A program made the position numbers and the translations under genes. DNA of 64,000 nt from a virus: positions 114,631-178,630 of the IMG/VR virus record IMGVR_UViG_3300030329_005082; one strand, written 5' to 3'. The notes below the pieces were generated by a model. It was not told the DNA's origin. It did not search any database and saw only the letters and a list, made by a program, of their open reading frames with translations. Shown here one piece after another: positions 30,749 through 39,895 of the stretch (the first letter of the stretch is position 1; each line of letters opens with the position of its first letter).

Positions 30749-33700
30749 TTATCTTCGTCTTTGTCGTTTAGGACGATTTACTTTGGGTTTCGTGCTTTTT
30801 TTGCGTCTTTTTTTCGGGAATGAAGCAGGGGCATACCCTGGAGATCCGAGAGTTGAACCAGGCGCAAAACCATTTCCTCCGCCCTCAACAGCACCGCCGG
30901 CCATGGTTGCCATTTCCTCTATAGCAGCATCTATTTCAGAATCTATCTGATCAGTTGGTTTAAAGATCCTCCAGATCTCTTCGCCGTCAACACTGTCAGG
31001 CATATAAGATAAAAACTCATCTTTTTTATTCAAATTGATAAAGTCGCGAATATCTTCAGCACTAAACACCTGTCCTTCTGAGGAGGTTACGGGTTCTTCT
31101 TCAATTTCTTCTACTGATATGCCGGGGTTGTGTCTTTCTGCATATGATTTGGCATTTTGGAAACGGGTGTCACCCTCATCCTTACTACTCTTGATTAATA
31201 ATATTGTGTCTTGTGGTCTTGATTTGACAGGATCAGCCAAAAATTCATATACTGTTGTAACGGGACTCCTGTAGTCTGCAATCTCTACGCTTATTTTGGG
31301 AGACGCATCAGAAGATGATAAGAACTTAGACCATATTTCAAGAGATTGTTCAGCAGACACTTCTGGTTTATCTACAGGGCTAATCAAAACCATCACATTA
31401 TCTACATCTGATCTCTTTGCTACTTGATTTACAAATTCGTAATGACCTTTGTGTGGCGGCTTGAACTTGCCAGGAAATAGAGCAATTCTTTTACCTTCTT
31501 CTTCAACAAGTGGTTGAACAGATTCATTGCGTTGACCTGGCGCATCAGAGTCTTGAGAGATCTGTTGAGACATCTCGTCAGCAACAACTTTAGATTCTTC
31601 AATTGCTTTTTGCCCGGCACCAATAGCCTGGCTTCTATCTTGATAAGTAAAATAATCATTTACATTTTCAGACAATTTAGATGTTGCTTCAAAAACCCTC
31701 TGCAAATTATCAGATAAGAATTCCATATATTGTTCAGCAACATCAACAACTCTTTCTGTGGTAATTGGCAGCGTACCTAATGTTTCATAATCTAAGCTAC
31801 TAGAAACTGCCTTCAATTGTTGAGGACTGATAGCCCACTGGGTGCCGCCTGCACGCTCTAATAACAACCCCTCTGAGATGAGTCTTTTATTTTCTTCTAC
31901 AGAATAAATCCTGTGGGCTGCTAGCTGTTGCGGCTCTATATCGGTACCATCTGGTAGCTCATCAGAGACAGTGACGGTTTCATCGGGTGCAGGTGGTGTC
32001 TTCTTCCTGTTTCTATACCCTTTTGTCATTTGTAAGAGTTTATATTTTTCCGGCCAATTGGAATCACCTGTAAGACTGTTGAGTTTCTTGATAGAACTGG
32101 ACGGGGTGCGAGCAATTTCATAAGGAAGTGCAAATAATTGGGCGTCCTTGGTTGTACCACCTTTTGCAGATGCAATAATTGCATTTATAAAGTTATCTCT
32201 TGTGAAAGTGAATTTTTCTAAAGCAATATTATCGCCATCTTTTCTGGCAACGATATATACCATTTGTCCAAACTCTTCTAAAGAATCAACAAGATTGGTA
32301 TAACTTCCTTCAATCTTAGTTTTTTGATTTAATAATTTGAGACTGATAGGAACTGGCTGTGTGTCTTCAAGTTCTGAAAAGGCAATAAGATCTTGGATAG
32401 GTAAATTCCCTTTTTCACTTACTTCGGCTTCTTGTTTTCCACGAAACAATGCTGACAAGAACCCTTCAAAGACAAACCCAGCAGAGGCAGAATTAAAGCT
32501 CCTGATGACTGCTGATAAAGATTCTAACAAAATAAGAGTGCTGATAATTCTTCGTGGCGAGCGAATACCGCCGCGAGGATTATTAATACTATCATTTAAA
32601 AACTGAAGCTTTTCTTGGATAGTTGCGCCACCACCAACAGTGTCAAAGATCTTTTGAATTTGCTTTCTTTCCATAGACTCAGGGTCACCCCAAGCCTCAG
32701 TTGGTACAAATTTAGGAAGTGAGAGAACAAATTGTTTTGCTTTTTCCCTCTTAATATTTCCCTCATCTTCTGTTAGGATATTTCTAGGACGGGAAATACT
32801 TTCATTTGCAACGGCTGGGGAAGTTCTTCCACCAAATTTGAACATTCCAAGAATCTGATTTAGAGGTGCAAAATTTCCAGAAAACTTATAAGTGTGACCA
32901 TCATAATCAAAAACAACAGCCTCAACAGGAGTGGTTATTTGTGAAAAGTCCTTAATCTTATTCAGGTGCCTTTGCATCACCTCCATGGCAGCCGGGTTTT
33001 CTGGACCCATTGCTGTCAATTCTCTGACTGCTGTTGCTAATTCATCTCTTAGGCGAATTACTTCTTTATCTGTGTCTGCAATGAAAACACTATCAAGTCC
33101 CTTTAATAACTCTACAGCAAAATCATGAATAACTATTTCAAGTGGTTCAATCGCTTGTTGTAACAAGGATTTTTTACTGTTGATTACATTATTTAGATCC
33201 TGAAGATCTTGTGGGTTCAGACCTTTCTTAAGGGCTCTTAATCCAATATTACCGGGTAATTTTAAGAGATATTTTACGATCCCATCTTTCATATTATCTG
33301 GTAATTCTGTATCAAGACCGTGAAACAAACGAGAATATAAGTAATCAGTCATAGTGGAATCGTCGGATAATCCATTTTGAGATATTTCACGATTTATCTT
33401 CTCTATAGAAGACTTAAGGACTTCTTCATCTTCCATTTTTTGAAGTTGTATAATAGCCTTTCTGGCAAGATTGAACCTATTGTCAGATAGTTGATCTTGC
33501 ATTCTTTCTAAAGAGTTATCAATTATTTCCAATGATCCGTTTGGAATAGGACGCCGTTCTCCGGTTTCTTTATCAAAACGAAAATGACCCACTCCATGTA
33601 TCTTGAGAGTCTTATTATCATATTTTATAACATTTACAGACCCTGGGTCGTTAGAGTCGCCTTCGGTGCCAGGGTCCATAATCTCAGCGTTATACCAAAT

Positions 33701-34051
33701 ATTTGCGTCAGATCCAAAGACTTTTTCTTTTTCCTCATCAGACAGCGCCTCAACAGCTTTTTCAAATGCTGCAAATCCGCCTGTAAAAGCCTGAGTCAAA
33801 CCACCTCGTCCTGCAAATTTTGTAGCTAGACCTTCAGCATCTAACCCTCCTGACATAAGGTTCCCCTTATTTCTGGCTCCTTTTGCTTTTCCTTCCGGAA
33901 TAGAATAAGAAAGAAAAAGATTTTGCCCGTCTACCTTCTCTTCGGCAGTAAGTTCTGCGTCAGCAGCAGCCTTCAGAATCTCTTTCATTTTTGCAAAAGT
34001 TAGACTACGGTTATCGTAGAGGTGGTCCATGTGACCTGCAACGCCACCCAT
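30749..34051 (-). CDS. Multidomain protein: KxDG ligase/nucleotidyltransferase-like + PD-(D/E)XK-like + HxGH cytidylyltransferase-like
   Basis: GHMDHLYD..EEKVDGQN..ARNKG; SAGFVFEGFLSA..IQD..ISLKL; ALFPGKFKPPHKGH. Confidence 0.7.
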   Translation of the reverse strand: MGGVAGHMDHLYDNRSLTFAKMKEILKAAADAELTAEEKVDGQNLFLSYSIPEGKAKGARNKGNLMSGGLDAEGLATKFAGRGGLTQAFTGGFAAFEKAVEALSDEEKEKVFGSDANIWYNAEIMDPGTEGDSNDPGSVNVIKYDNKTLKIHGVGHFRFDKETGERRPIPNGSLEIIDNSLERMQDQLSDNRFNLARKAIIQLQKMEDEEVLKSSIEKINREISQNGLSDDSTMTDYLYSRLFHGLDTELPDNMKDGIVKYLLKLPGNIGLRALKKGLNPQDLQDLNNVINSKKSLLQQAIEPLEIVIHDFAVELLKGLDSVFIADTDKEVIRLRDELATAVRELTAMGPENPAAMEVMQRHLNKIKDFSQITTPVEAVVFDYDGHTYKFSGNFAPLNQILGMFKFGGRTSPAVANESISRPRNILTEDEGNIKREKAKQFVLSLPKFVPTEAWGDPESMERKQIQKIFDTVGGGATIQEKLQFLNDSINNPRGGIRSPRRIISTLILLESLSAVIRSFNSASAGFVFEGFLSALFRGKQEAEVSEKGNLPIQDLIAFSELEDTQPVPISLKLLNQKTKIEGSYTNLVDSLEEFGQMVYIVARKDGDNIALEKFTFTRDNFINAIIASAKGGTTKDAQLFALPYEIARTPSSSIKKLNSLTGDSNWPEKYKLLQMTKGYRNRKKTPPAPDETVTVSDELPDGTDIEPQQLAAHRIYSVEENKRLISEGLLLERAGGTQWAISPQQLKAVSSSLDYETLGTLPITTERVVDVAEQYMEFLSDNLQRVFEATSKLSENVNDYFTYQDRSQAIGAGQKAIEESKVVADEMSQQISQDSDAPGQRNESVQPLVEEEGKRIALFPGKFKPPHKGHYEFVNQVAKRSDVDNVMVLISPVDKPEVSAEQSLEIWSKFLSSSDASPKISVEIADYRSPVTTVYEFLADPVKSRPQDTILLIKSSKDEGDTRFQNAKSYAERHNPGISVEEIEEEPVTSSEGQVFSAEDIRDFINLNKKDEFLSYMPDSVDGEEIWRIFKPTDQIDSEIDAAIEEMATMAGGAVEGGGNGFAPGSTLGSPGYAPASFPKKRRKKSTKPKVNRPKRQRRR

Positions 34052-34052
34052 A

Positions 34053-34292
34053 TTATTTCTCCTCGTTCAGAAGTTTCAATTGCTCTTCTAAAGAACTTAC
34101 ACGCTCGTTTAGAGATCTTACATGGCGTTTAATAGAGCGCAGGTGCTCTTTGGCTACCGAGAGACGATTCGTGTCTCTTTTGTTTGTAACTCTCACGCTC
34201 GTAATAATATCATATAACGCCTGTACAGACGCAGCGGGATCTATTTTTAGTTCTTCCTTTAATAGAAGAGCTTTAGTCAGCTTTCTTAGCAC
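34053..34292 (-). CDS. Small coiled-coil protein
   Basis: 79 aa, coupled to the 1100-aa gene; starts MLRKLTKALLLKEEL. Confidence 0.75.
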   Translation of the reverse strand: MLRKLTKALLLKEELKIDPAASVQALYDIITSVRVTNKRDTNRLSVAKEHLRSIKRHVRSLNERVSSLEEQLKLLNEEK

Positions 34293-34494
34293 TTGACTTC
34301 TTCTTGGCTACTTTTTTAGCAGGAGCCTTCTTGACTTTGGGTGCTTCTTCAGCAGCAGCTTCAACTTCAGCTTCTGGCTCAACAACGGGCTCTGCTACTG
34401 GAGCAGGTGCTGGTTCTGCTACTGGAGCAGGTGCTTTACCTTCAGCAGCTAGGGCTGCGGCGCGACGACGTTTTCTTAATCCTGGGCTTGCCAT
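34273..34494 (-). CDS. Small Ala/Pro/Lys-rich protein with histone-H1-like tail
   Basis: AGGAGG SD; APAPVAEP twice; ends KKAPAKKVAKKKSSAKKAD. Confidence 0.8.
   Translation of the reverse strand: MASPGLRKRRRAAALAAEGKAPAPVAEPAPAPVAEPVVEPEAEVEAAAEEAPKVKKAPAKKVAKKKSSAKKAD
34391..34434. repeat. 24-nt-period tandem repeat (2 copies) encoding APAPVAEP
   Basis: tctgctactggagcaggtgc at 34391-34410 and 34415-34434. Confidence 0.9.
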
Positions 34495-34563
34495 TTTAAT
34501 ATCCTCCTTGGGGAAAATGAAACGAATATGTAATATAAATAGTTACTAAATTCTTTCTATGTC

Positions 34564-35319
34564 CTATGCGGAGCCTGATTCTTTAATGATTACTTGCCCA
34601 TTGACAATATCAAAGTAGAATTTAGCATAATTTCCTTGCCTATTTGTACCATTCATATATAAGTAATTTCCAGACCCTGAAACATATATGTCAGCGTGTG
34701 TAAGCAAGGTATCGCCATCAAATTTAAACCAGGGGTCATCCACTTGATCGCCAAAGTCTGAATATGGTACTTCTTTGATTACAGTCCCGCCATTTTCAAT
34801 TGTAAACTCATATTTGGCTGCGGAGCCAGATTCATTAGTTCCGTGAAGATATAAGTTGTTTCCAGAACCTGAAATGTATATGTCTGCATTCGTAAGCAAG
34901 GTATCGCCGTCAAAGGTCAACTCGTAGTCACCCACATTGTAGTTGAAACTGTTTCCTAAGCTAGCACTTAGTAGCGCAACGGTTCCTGAAAGAGATACAT
35001 AAGAACTTGAAAGCGAAGTATAGGAACTTGAAAGAGATGAAAAATCAGAAGATAAATTGATTACCTTACTATCAACAGATAAGATTTCAGAATTATTCAC
35101 AGAAATATCATACATGCTGGAAGAAAGTGAAGAACTCAAAGATGTGATAGATGCATTGATAACAACGTTAGAATCCTCTAAAGAATCAAGTCGGTTCTCA
35201 AATGCAGCAGACACTATTTCCATTGATCCTGTTATATTTTTTTCATCAATGAATTTGGCGACTGCTTTTTTCATAGCATGATGAGCAGAAATATGTCCTA
35301 AGCTTCTTCTTTTCCCCAT
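34564..35319 (-). CDS. Virion fibre-like protein with Ser-rich coiled coil and duplicated C-terminal module
   Basis: SSLSSSYTSLSSSYVSL heptads; two copies of FDGDTLLT(N/H)ADIY(I/V)SGSGNxLYxxGTN. Confidence 0.6.
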   Translation of the reverse strand: MGKRRSLGHISAHHAMKKAVAKFIDEKNITGSMEIVSAAFENRLDSLEDSNVVINASITSLSSSLSSSMYDISVNNSEILSVDSKVINLSSDFSSLSSSYTSLSSSYVSLSGTVALLSASLGNSFNYNVGDYELTFDGDTLLTNADIYISGSGNNLYLHGTNESGSAAKYEFTIENGGTVIKEVPYSDFGDQVDDPWFKFDGDTLLTHADIYVSGSGNYLYMNGTNRQGNYAKFYFDIVNGQVIIKESGSA

Positions 35320-35331
35320 TTGACTATATCT

Positions 35332-35784
35332 TTACTCGGGGTTGATGTGATAGCCCAGAGATTCATCTGATAAGCTTATTTGGGAATGTCTATCAACATA
35401 CCCAAATATATTGAGCGCACTATTTAGGTCTGCTTTTGCGTAAACGCTAACGCCTCTGTGAGGTATGCCAGGATATACTTGCATTAGTCCGACTTCTTTA
35501 TCAACATCTATTTTTACAGTTTTTGATGGATCAGAAAAACTACCATCACCGCCGATTTCTAAAGTTAAAAATCTGTCAGACGTTGTATAGTTAGATACCC
35601 AAAGGAATACCTCATCGTAAGTATAATTTGTAGCTTGATGTACTAATACTCCAGCCGTAGTAATACTCAAAGGAGAAGTATCCGAATCCCCAGAAAGACC
35701 CAATCGCGAAACAGGAGATGGTGAGCTTTTAAAAGCTAATCCATTAATAGAAGGACTAGATGGTTGATTTCCTAATTTTGCCAT
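35332..35784 (-). CDS. Putative virion structural protein
   Basis: 150-aa beta-rich ORF (DEVFLWVSN..LTLEIGG..NIFGYV) with GGAGG SD. Confidence 0.6.
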   Translation of the reverse strand: MAKLGNQPSSPSINGLAFKSSPSPVSRLGLSGDSDTSPLSITTAGVLVHQATNYTYDEVFLWVSNYTTSDRFLTLEIGGDGSFSDPSKTVKIDVDKEVGLMQVYPGIPHRGVSVYAKADLNSALNIFGYVDRHSQISLSDESLGYHINPE

Positions 35785-35829
35785 TTTTCAAACCATCCTC
35801 CAGAAAAAGATTCATTATATATATTTCAT

Positions 35830-36720
35830 TCAACGAAAAGTGTTTTCAAGCTTTAGGTTCATTTCTTCAATCCATATTCTGTCAACCTTGGTGTTGACAT
35901 TGGGTGTTTTGTTTGCTTTTTCCCAAAGCTGCATTTCTCCTTTAGCGATTGCCTTCTTGAGAAATACTTTAATAGCGACAAGTGGAGAAGATAATCCAAC
36001 ATTTTCAATAACAGAATATCCTGCAAATATAACCCCAACCAGTTCGTTGTTTTTGTTTATTACAGGAGATCCACTTGAGCCAGGTTTAGTTGGAATAGTG
36101 TAAATAGAGTATCCACGATTATGGTAACCGGAAAAAATACCTTTAAAAATCAACACAGATCCAGGCCAAAATAATCCGTGCGGTGCTGCCATATTTATAA
36201 CAGTCTCTCCTTTTTTTGGTTCTTCACTTGCTACCTTTAAAACAGGGTGTTCTGTATAAATGTCTGAGACTTGTAATAGGCATAAATCAAACCTGTCGTT
36301 TATATCAACAACTCGGGCTTTATATTCTGTTCCCTCCAGATCTACTACAGTAAAAGTAGACCCCTTGTTTATTACCTTGTATCCATCAATATTTTGAACT
36401 TTAGGTATCTTATTCTCGCAGGAATGTCCGGCAGTCATAACATAAGAAATGCTCTGAGAAACCTCACTGCGGAAAACAAATGCACCAGAAGATACATACC
36501 TCATCATTGCTTTTTGGCAAGCTATTTTTTCGGTTTTTGGATCTTTTCCGCAGCCCTCAAGCTCAATTGAGTGTTTGATTTGTGTGAATGTGTGTCTTGG
36601 TAAAATCTCTTTTTTATCTTCTTGATTTAAATTAACTGTAGCACATCCACTGACACAACTAGACAAACTAAATAACGAAATTATAAGAAACTTGACGTAA
36701 ATTGGTGTTTTTTTCTGCAT
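35830..36720 (-). CDS. Trypsin-like serine protease with export/lipoprotein signal
   Basis: MTAGHSC (His), DLCLL (Asp), PGSSGSPV (Ser); hydrophobic N-terminus with Cys. Confidence 0.9.
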   Translation of the reverse strand: MQKKTPIYVKFLIISLFSLSSCVSGCATVNLNQEDKKEILPRHTFTQIKHSIELEGCGKDPKTEKIACQKAMMRYVSSGAFVFRSEVSQSISYVMTAGHSCENKIPKVQNIDGYKVINKGSTFTVVDLEGTEYKARVVDINDRFDLCLLQVSDIYTEHPVLKVASEEPKKGETVINMAAPHGLFWPGSVLIFKGIFSGYHNRGYSIYTIPTKPGSSGSPVINKNNELVGVIFAGYSVIENVGLSSPLVAIKVFLKKAIAKGEMQLWEKANKTPNVNTKVDRIWIEEMNLKLENTFR

Positions 36721-36801
36721 AGCATAGTAACTAGATTGAAAGGATACTATTTATCCACAGTAAATCAACACAAATCATTTACTAAAGGAATGGAATTTCA
36801 A

Positions 36802-37056
36802 ATGATGAGCACCATTATGTTATCTGGTCTTTTGCTTTTTTCTAGTCAAAGTCTTGAATTTCCTAAAGTTTGGCAGAAAATACAAGGACAATGGTCCTAT
36901 GTTGGTCAAGTTAAGGAAAAAACACAAATTTTGATTTGGATAGAAAAGAAAACAAAAACCCCAAACAATAAGATACTTACTAAAGAGATAAAGAAGATGC
37001 CATTTATCACTTTATCACCAACGGGAGAGGTGTTGAATCTAGATCCACTCCCATAA
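36802..37056 (+). CDS. Small secreted hypothetical protein
   Basis: MMSTIMLSGLLLFSSQS signal-like N-terminus; start uncertain (track 36736); ACTATTTAT upstream on the same strand. Confidence 0.6.
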   Translation: MMSTIMLSGLLLFSSQSLEFPKVWQKIQGQWSYVGQVKEKTQILIWIEKKTKTPNNKILTKEIKKMPFITLSPTGEVLNLDPLP

Positions 37057-37069
37057 GGAGCGGTCTTAT

Positions 37070-37540
37070 ATGTTCAAACTTCTAACAAGAAGAACTACCC
37101 TTTTAGGTATCTTAGCCTTTACGGCTGCTGTTTCACTACATTATCAGATTAAAGCAAACAGTCTATATCAAACAGTCTTCAAAAAAGAATCCACTTTTTA
37201 CACACCCGGTCAACACGGAAACTGTAAATGGGTGGTTCATATAAGTAATAAAATTACAACAGAGCCAGGCGATAATTCTGCGGCTCAAATAGGCATTCCA
37301 GAAGTAAGCAAAGATGGTTATATTGCCGGGATACTTCAAAATGGTCCTGGGAACTCTTTATTATTTGCCTTTAAGCTTCCCACCCAGTCCGGTGATTCTC
37401 CTCCATTTATCATGACTGCTACATACAATCTGGAAGATTTACCACTAAAGCAGATAAAATTTAGGGTATTCAATAGTACAGCTATGACAATGATTTTATA
37501 TTCTACATACGAAAGTTGTGTTGAGGCTACAATGAGATGA
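37070..37540 (+). CDS. Secreted or membrane-anchored hypothetical protein
   Basis: AAGGAG SD; RRTTLLGILAFTAAVSL signal; ATGA-coupled to the next gene. Confidence 0.75.
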   Translation: MFKLLTRRTTLLGILAFTAAVSLHYQIKANSLYQTVFKKESTFYTPGQHGNCKWVVHISNKITTEPGDNSAAQIGIPEVSKDGYIAGILQNGPGNSLLFAFKLPTQSGDSPPFIMTATYNLEDLPLKQIKFRVFNSTAMTMILYSTYESCVEATMR

Positions 37541-38796
37541 GGCAGATCTCTATAATTCTGTCTTGTTTAATACTTGCATCATGCCAAGCTTGTTTAGATG
37601 ATGACCAATTAGTCGCCCTAGAGTGTGCGCCAGGAACTATTCAGGTGTGCGACCATAACGGACAAATACTCACCTCTCTTAATCACAGAGACCCTCCAGA
37701 AAAAGCAGGCGTTTGCAGGTATGGAGCCAGAACTTGTACATTTGATGGTTGGACAGAGTGTGTTGGTGCCATAGGTCCATCGGAAGAGGTTTGTGATGGG
37801 TTAGATAATGACTGTAATTTGCTAGTGGATGATAATTTTCCAGAACAACACCAATTATGTGGCTTTGTTGAGGGTGCCGATTATGGTGTAGGGGTCTGTA
37901 CACCAGGCGTCATGAAATGTGATAATGGATCTCTTTATTGTGATGGTCACGTTGGTCCATCCGAAGAGGTATGTGACGGATTTGATAACAACTGCGACGG
38001 CTCTATAGATGAAGGTGTTGCTAATACAACTGCTATTGTTTGTTATGATGGCCCTGACGGGACGATGGCAATTGGTGAATGCCGGGCTGGTGTTCGTTAT
38101 TGTACTGATGGTGGTTTTGATGGACCCTGCGATGGGCAGATTTTACCAGTACAGGAGATATGTGACAATCTTGACAACGATTGTGATGGAGAGGTTGATG
38201 AAGGGTTTGATACCCGTGGAGTAGATTTAGTTTTTATAATTGATATTTCTGGCTCGTTTGATGATGAAATAGACTCTATGATAGAGGGCATTACTCCGCT
38301 TTTAGATGACCCGATCACTAGTAATTTTCGCTTTGGTTTAGCTGTGATAGGTAGACAGAACCTTGGGAATTATGAACCCCCATTGAACCGACATTCTGAA
38401 ATGGTGACAGATTTTGTTCCTGCTGATGAATTTCTGCAATACCTTGAAGGGATGCGTCTTTTAGAGGATGGCGGCATAGAACCATCTATAGATGTAACTC
38501 TGTGGTCAATGGAAGGATTATATCCTTTTTCGTGGGATTTAGGGAATCAAAAAGTAATAATCTTAATGACTGATGAAGTCGCGCAAACGATTACAGGAAG
38601 AGAAGTGACCCAAGTGAATGATCATGCTGTGCAGAATGGTTTTGAAATATTTGTTTTTGCTCTCCCTGAACATCATCATTCGTTCTTAGGAATGGTTCGT
38701 GATGACCAAGATAGATTATATACTCCCGCTGTCAACTCACAAACAGTTTTCCAGCAGATTAGACAAATATTTGAAGATTTATGTATCGGTGGTTAA
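37537..38796 (+). CDS. Lipoprotein with MopE-like Cys/Asp repeats and C-terminal vWA domain
   Basis: Lipobox LAS-C; three repeats CDGLDNDC, CDGFDNNCDG, CDNLDNDCDG; MIDAS DISGS and LMTDE. Confidence 0.85.
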   Translation: MRQISIILSCLILASCQACLDDDQLVALECAPGTIQVCDHNGQILTSLNHRDPPEKAGVCRYGARTCTFDGWTECVGAIGPSEEVCDGLDNDCNLLVDDNFPEQHQLCGFVEGADYGVGVCTPGVMKCDNGSLYCDGHVGPSEEVCDGFDNNCDGSIDEGVANTTAIVCYDGPDGTMAIGECRAGVRYCTDGGFDGPCDGQILPVQEICDNLDNDCDGEVDEGFDTRGVDLVFIIDISGSFDDEIDSMIEGITPLLDDPITSNFRFGLAVIGRQNLGNYEPPLNRHSEMVTDFVPADEFLQYLEGMRLLEDGGIEPSIDVTLWSMEGLYPFSWDLGNQKVIILMTDEVAQTITGREVTQVNDHAVQNGFEIFVFALPEHHHSFLGMVRDDQDRLYTPAVNSQTVFQQIRQIFEDLCIGG

Positions 38797-39224
38797 TCCT
38801 CTAGGGGTTCTACAATTTCATCAGATTCTTCTTTATTTTCACCTTTGCTAGAATCAAAATCAACCTCAACGGTTTCTTTTCCTTTCTCAAAAGCAAATCC
38901 AACATTTCCGTTGGTTGTAATGAATTTGCTACCACTGCCATCTTTTTTGAACTCTTCCTCTAGTTGGCTATACATGTATATTTTAATGTTTTCTTTAAGA
39001 ACTTTTGCATTATTCAAAAGATGCTCAACTATAATTTCTAATCTTTCAGCCATCTCAAGAGATTTTTTAGGATCTCCATGCTTGAGACTTGTTAGTAAAA
39101 GTGGAATAACATTGGGATGGCTTTTTTCAAAAGCCTCTATTGAATCAAGAGCTAACAGATGAAGAAACTTCCCAGCTTTATAATTTTTGATATTTAACTT
39201 TAGTTCTATATCTTTAGGTTCCAT
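38793..39224 (-). CDS. Hypothetical protein
   Basis: GGGGGAG SD favours the MEPK start; converges on the plus-strand cassette. Confidence 0.7.
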   Translation of the reverse strand: MEPKDIELKLNIKNYKAGKFLHLLALDSIEAFEKSHPNVIPLLLTSLKHGDPKKSLEMAERLEIIVEHLLNNAKVLKENIKIYMYSQLEEEFKKDGSGSKFITTNGNVGFAFEKGKETVEVDFDSSKGENKEESDEIVEPLED

Positions 39225-39253
39225 TTTATCTCCCCCTAACATATTATCTATAA

Positions 39254-39808
39254 CTAGTAATTCTCTTCTACATGTTTCCTTATAATTTCTTTAATGGCTT
39301 CCTTTTCTTCTTCAGTTTCTGCATGAGCCCATGACCAAGCCAAGGTCAACTTGATATCTCTTGTCTCTGCTTCTCCTTCTTGGATATATTTTTCTAATTC
39401 TTCTGAGATATCTTTAGAATCAATATCACTAGTGTCAATGTTTAAAGTTGAAGCAATGACAAATAAGGTAGCTAGGTCTCCTTCACTGTATGCTTCAGAG
39501 GCATCTGAAAAATATCTTGTCAAAACATCAGAATCTACTTTGTCGGGATGTGTTACTTTTGAAATTCTTCTATACAGTTTTTTCATGTCTTTAGACTTTT
39601 GTTTTTTTTCTTGTTCTATTTCTTCATCCTTTTCCTCTTTGGACAGTTTTTTAGCTCGGTTCATCATTTTCTCATATTCATCTGGGAAGTCTTTGTAAAA
39701 CTGTTCTTTGAATTTCATAAACTTTTCTTGAGTTTCTTCAAGATCTTCTGACACATACTGTGCATGAAATACTAGTTTTTTTATATTTTTGGGACTTTCA
39801 TCGGACAT
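39254..39808 (-). CDS. J-domain (DnaJ-like) co-chaperone
   Basis: MKKLYRRISKVTHPDKV (HPD), YFSDASEAY. Confidence 0.8.
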   Translation of the reverse strand: MSDESPKNIKKLVFHAQYVSEDLEETQEKFMKFKEQFYKDFPDEYEKMMNRAKKLSKEEKDEEIEQEKKQKSKDMKKLYRRISKVTHPDKVDSDVLTRYFSDASEAYSEGDLATLFVIASTLNIDTSDIDSKDISEELEKYIQEGEAETRDIKLTLAWSWAHAETEEEKEAIKEIIRKHVEENY

Positions 39809-39825
39809 GTCATAAGTATCTTCTT

Positions 39826-39859
39826 AAAGAAAGAAGGGGCGGCATAAAGCCACCCCTTC
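39826..39859 (-). terminator. Intrinsic terminator after the three Ala-rich genes
   Basis: GAAGGGGTGGC-TTTAT-GCCGCCCCTTC then TTTCTTT. Confidence 0.85.
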
Positions 39860-39895
39860 CAAAAAACCTTTACTGATATTTAGTACTATTACTTA

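Noticed and set aside
34534-34541. Perfect T4 late promoter TATAAATA
   Set aside because: It lies on the plus strand while the flanking genes are minus; better explained as the reverse complement of the ACTATTTAT motif.
36751-36759. Canonical DnaA box TTATCCACA
   Set aside because: A single copy with no box cluster or unwinding element noticed; compatible with chance.
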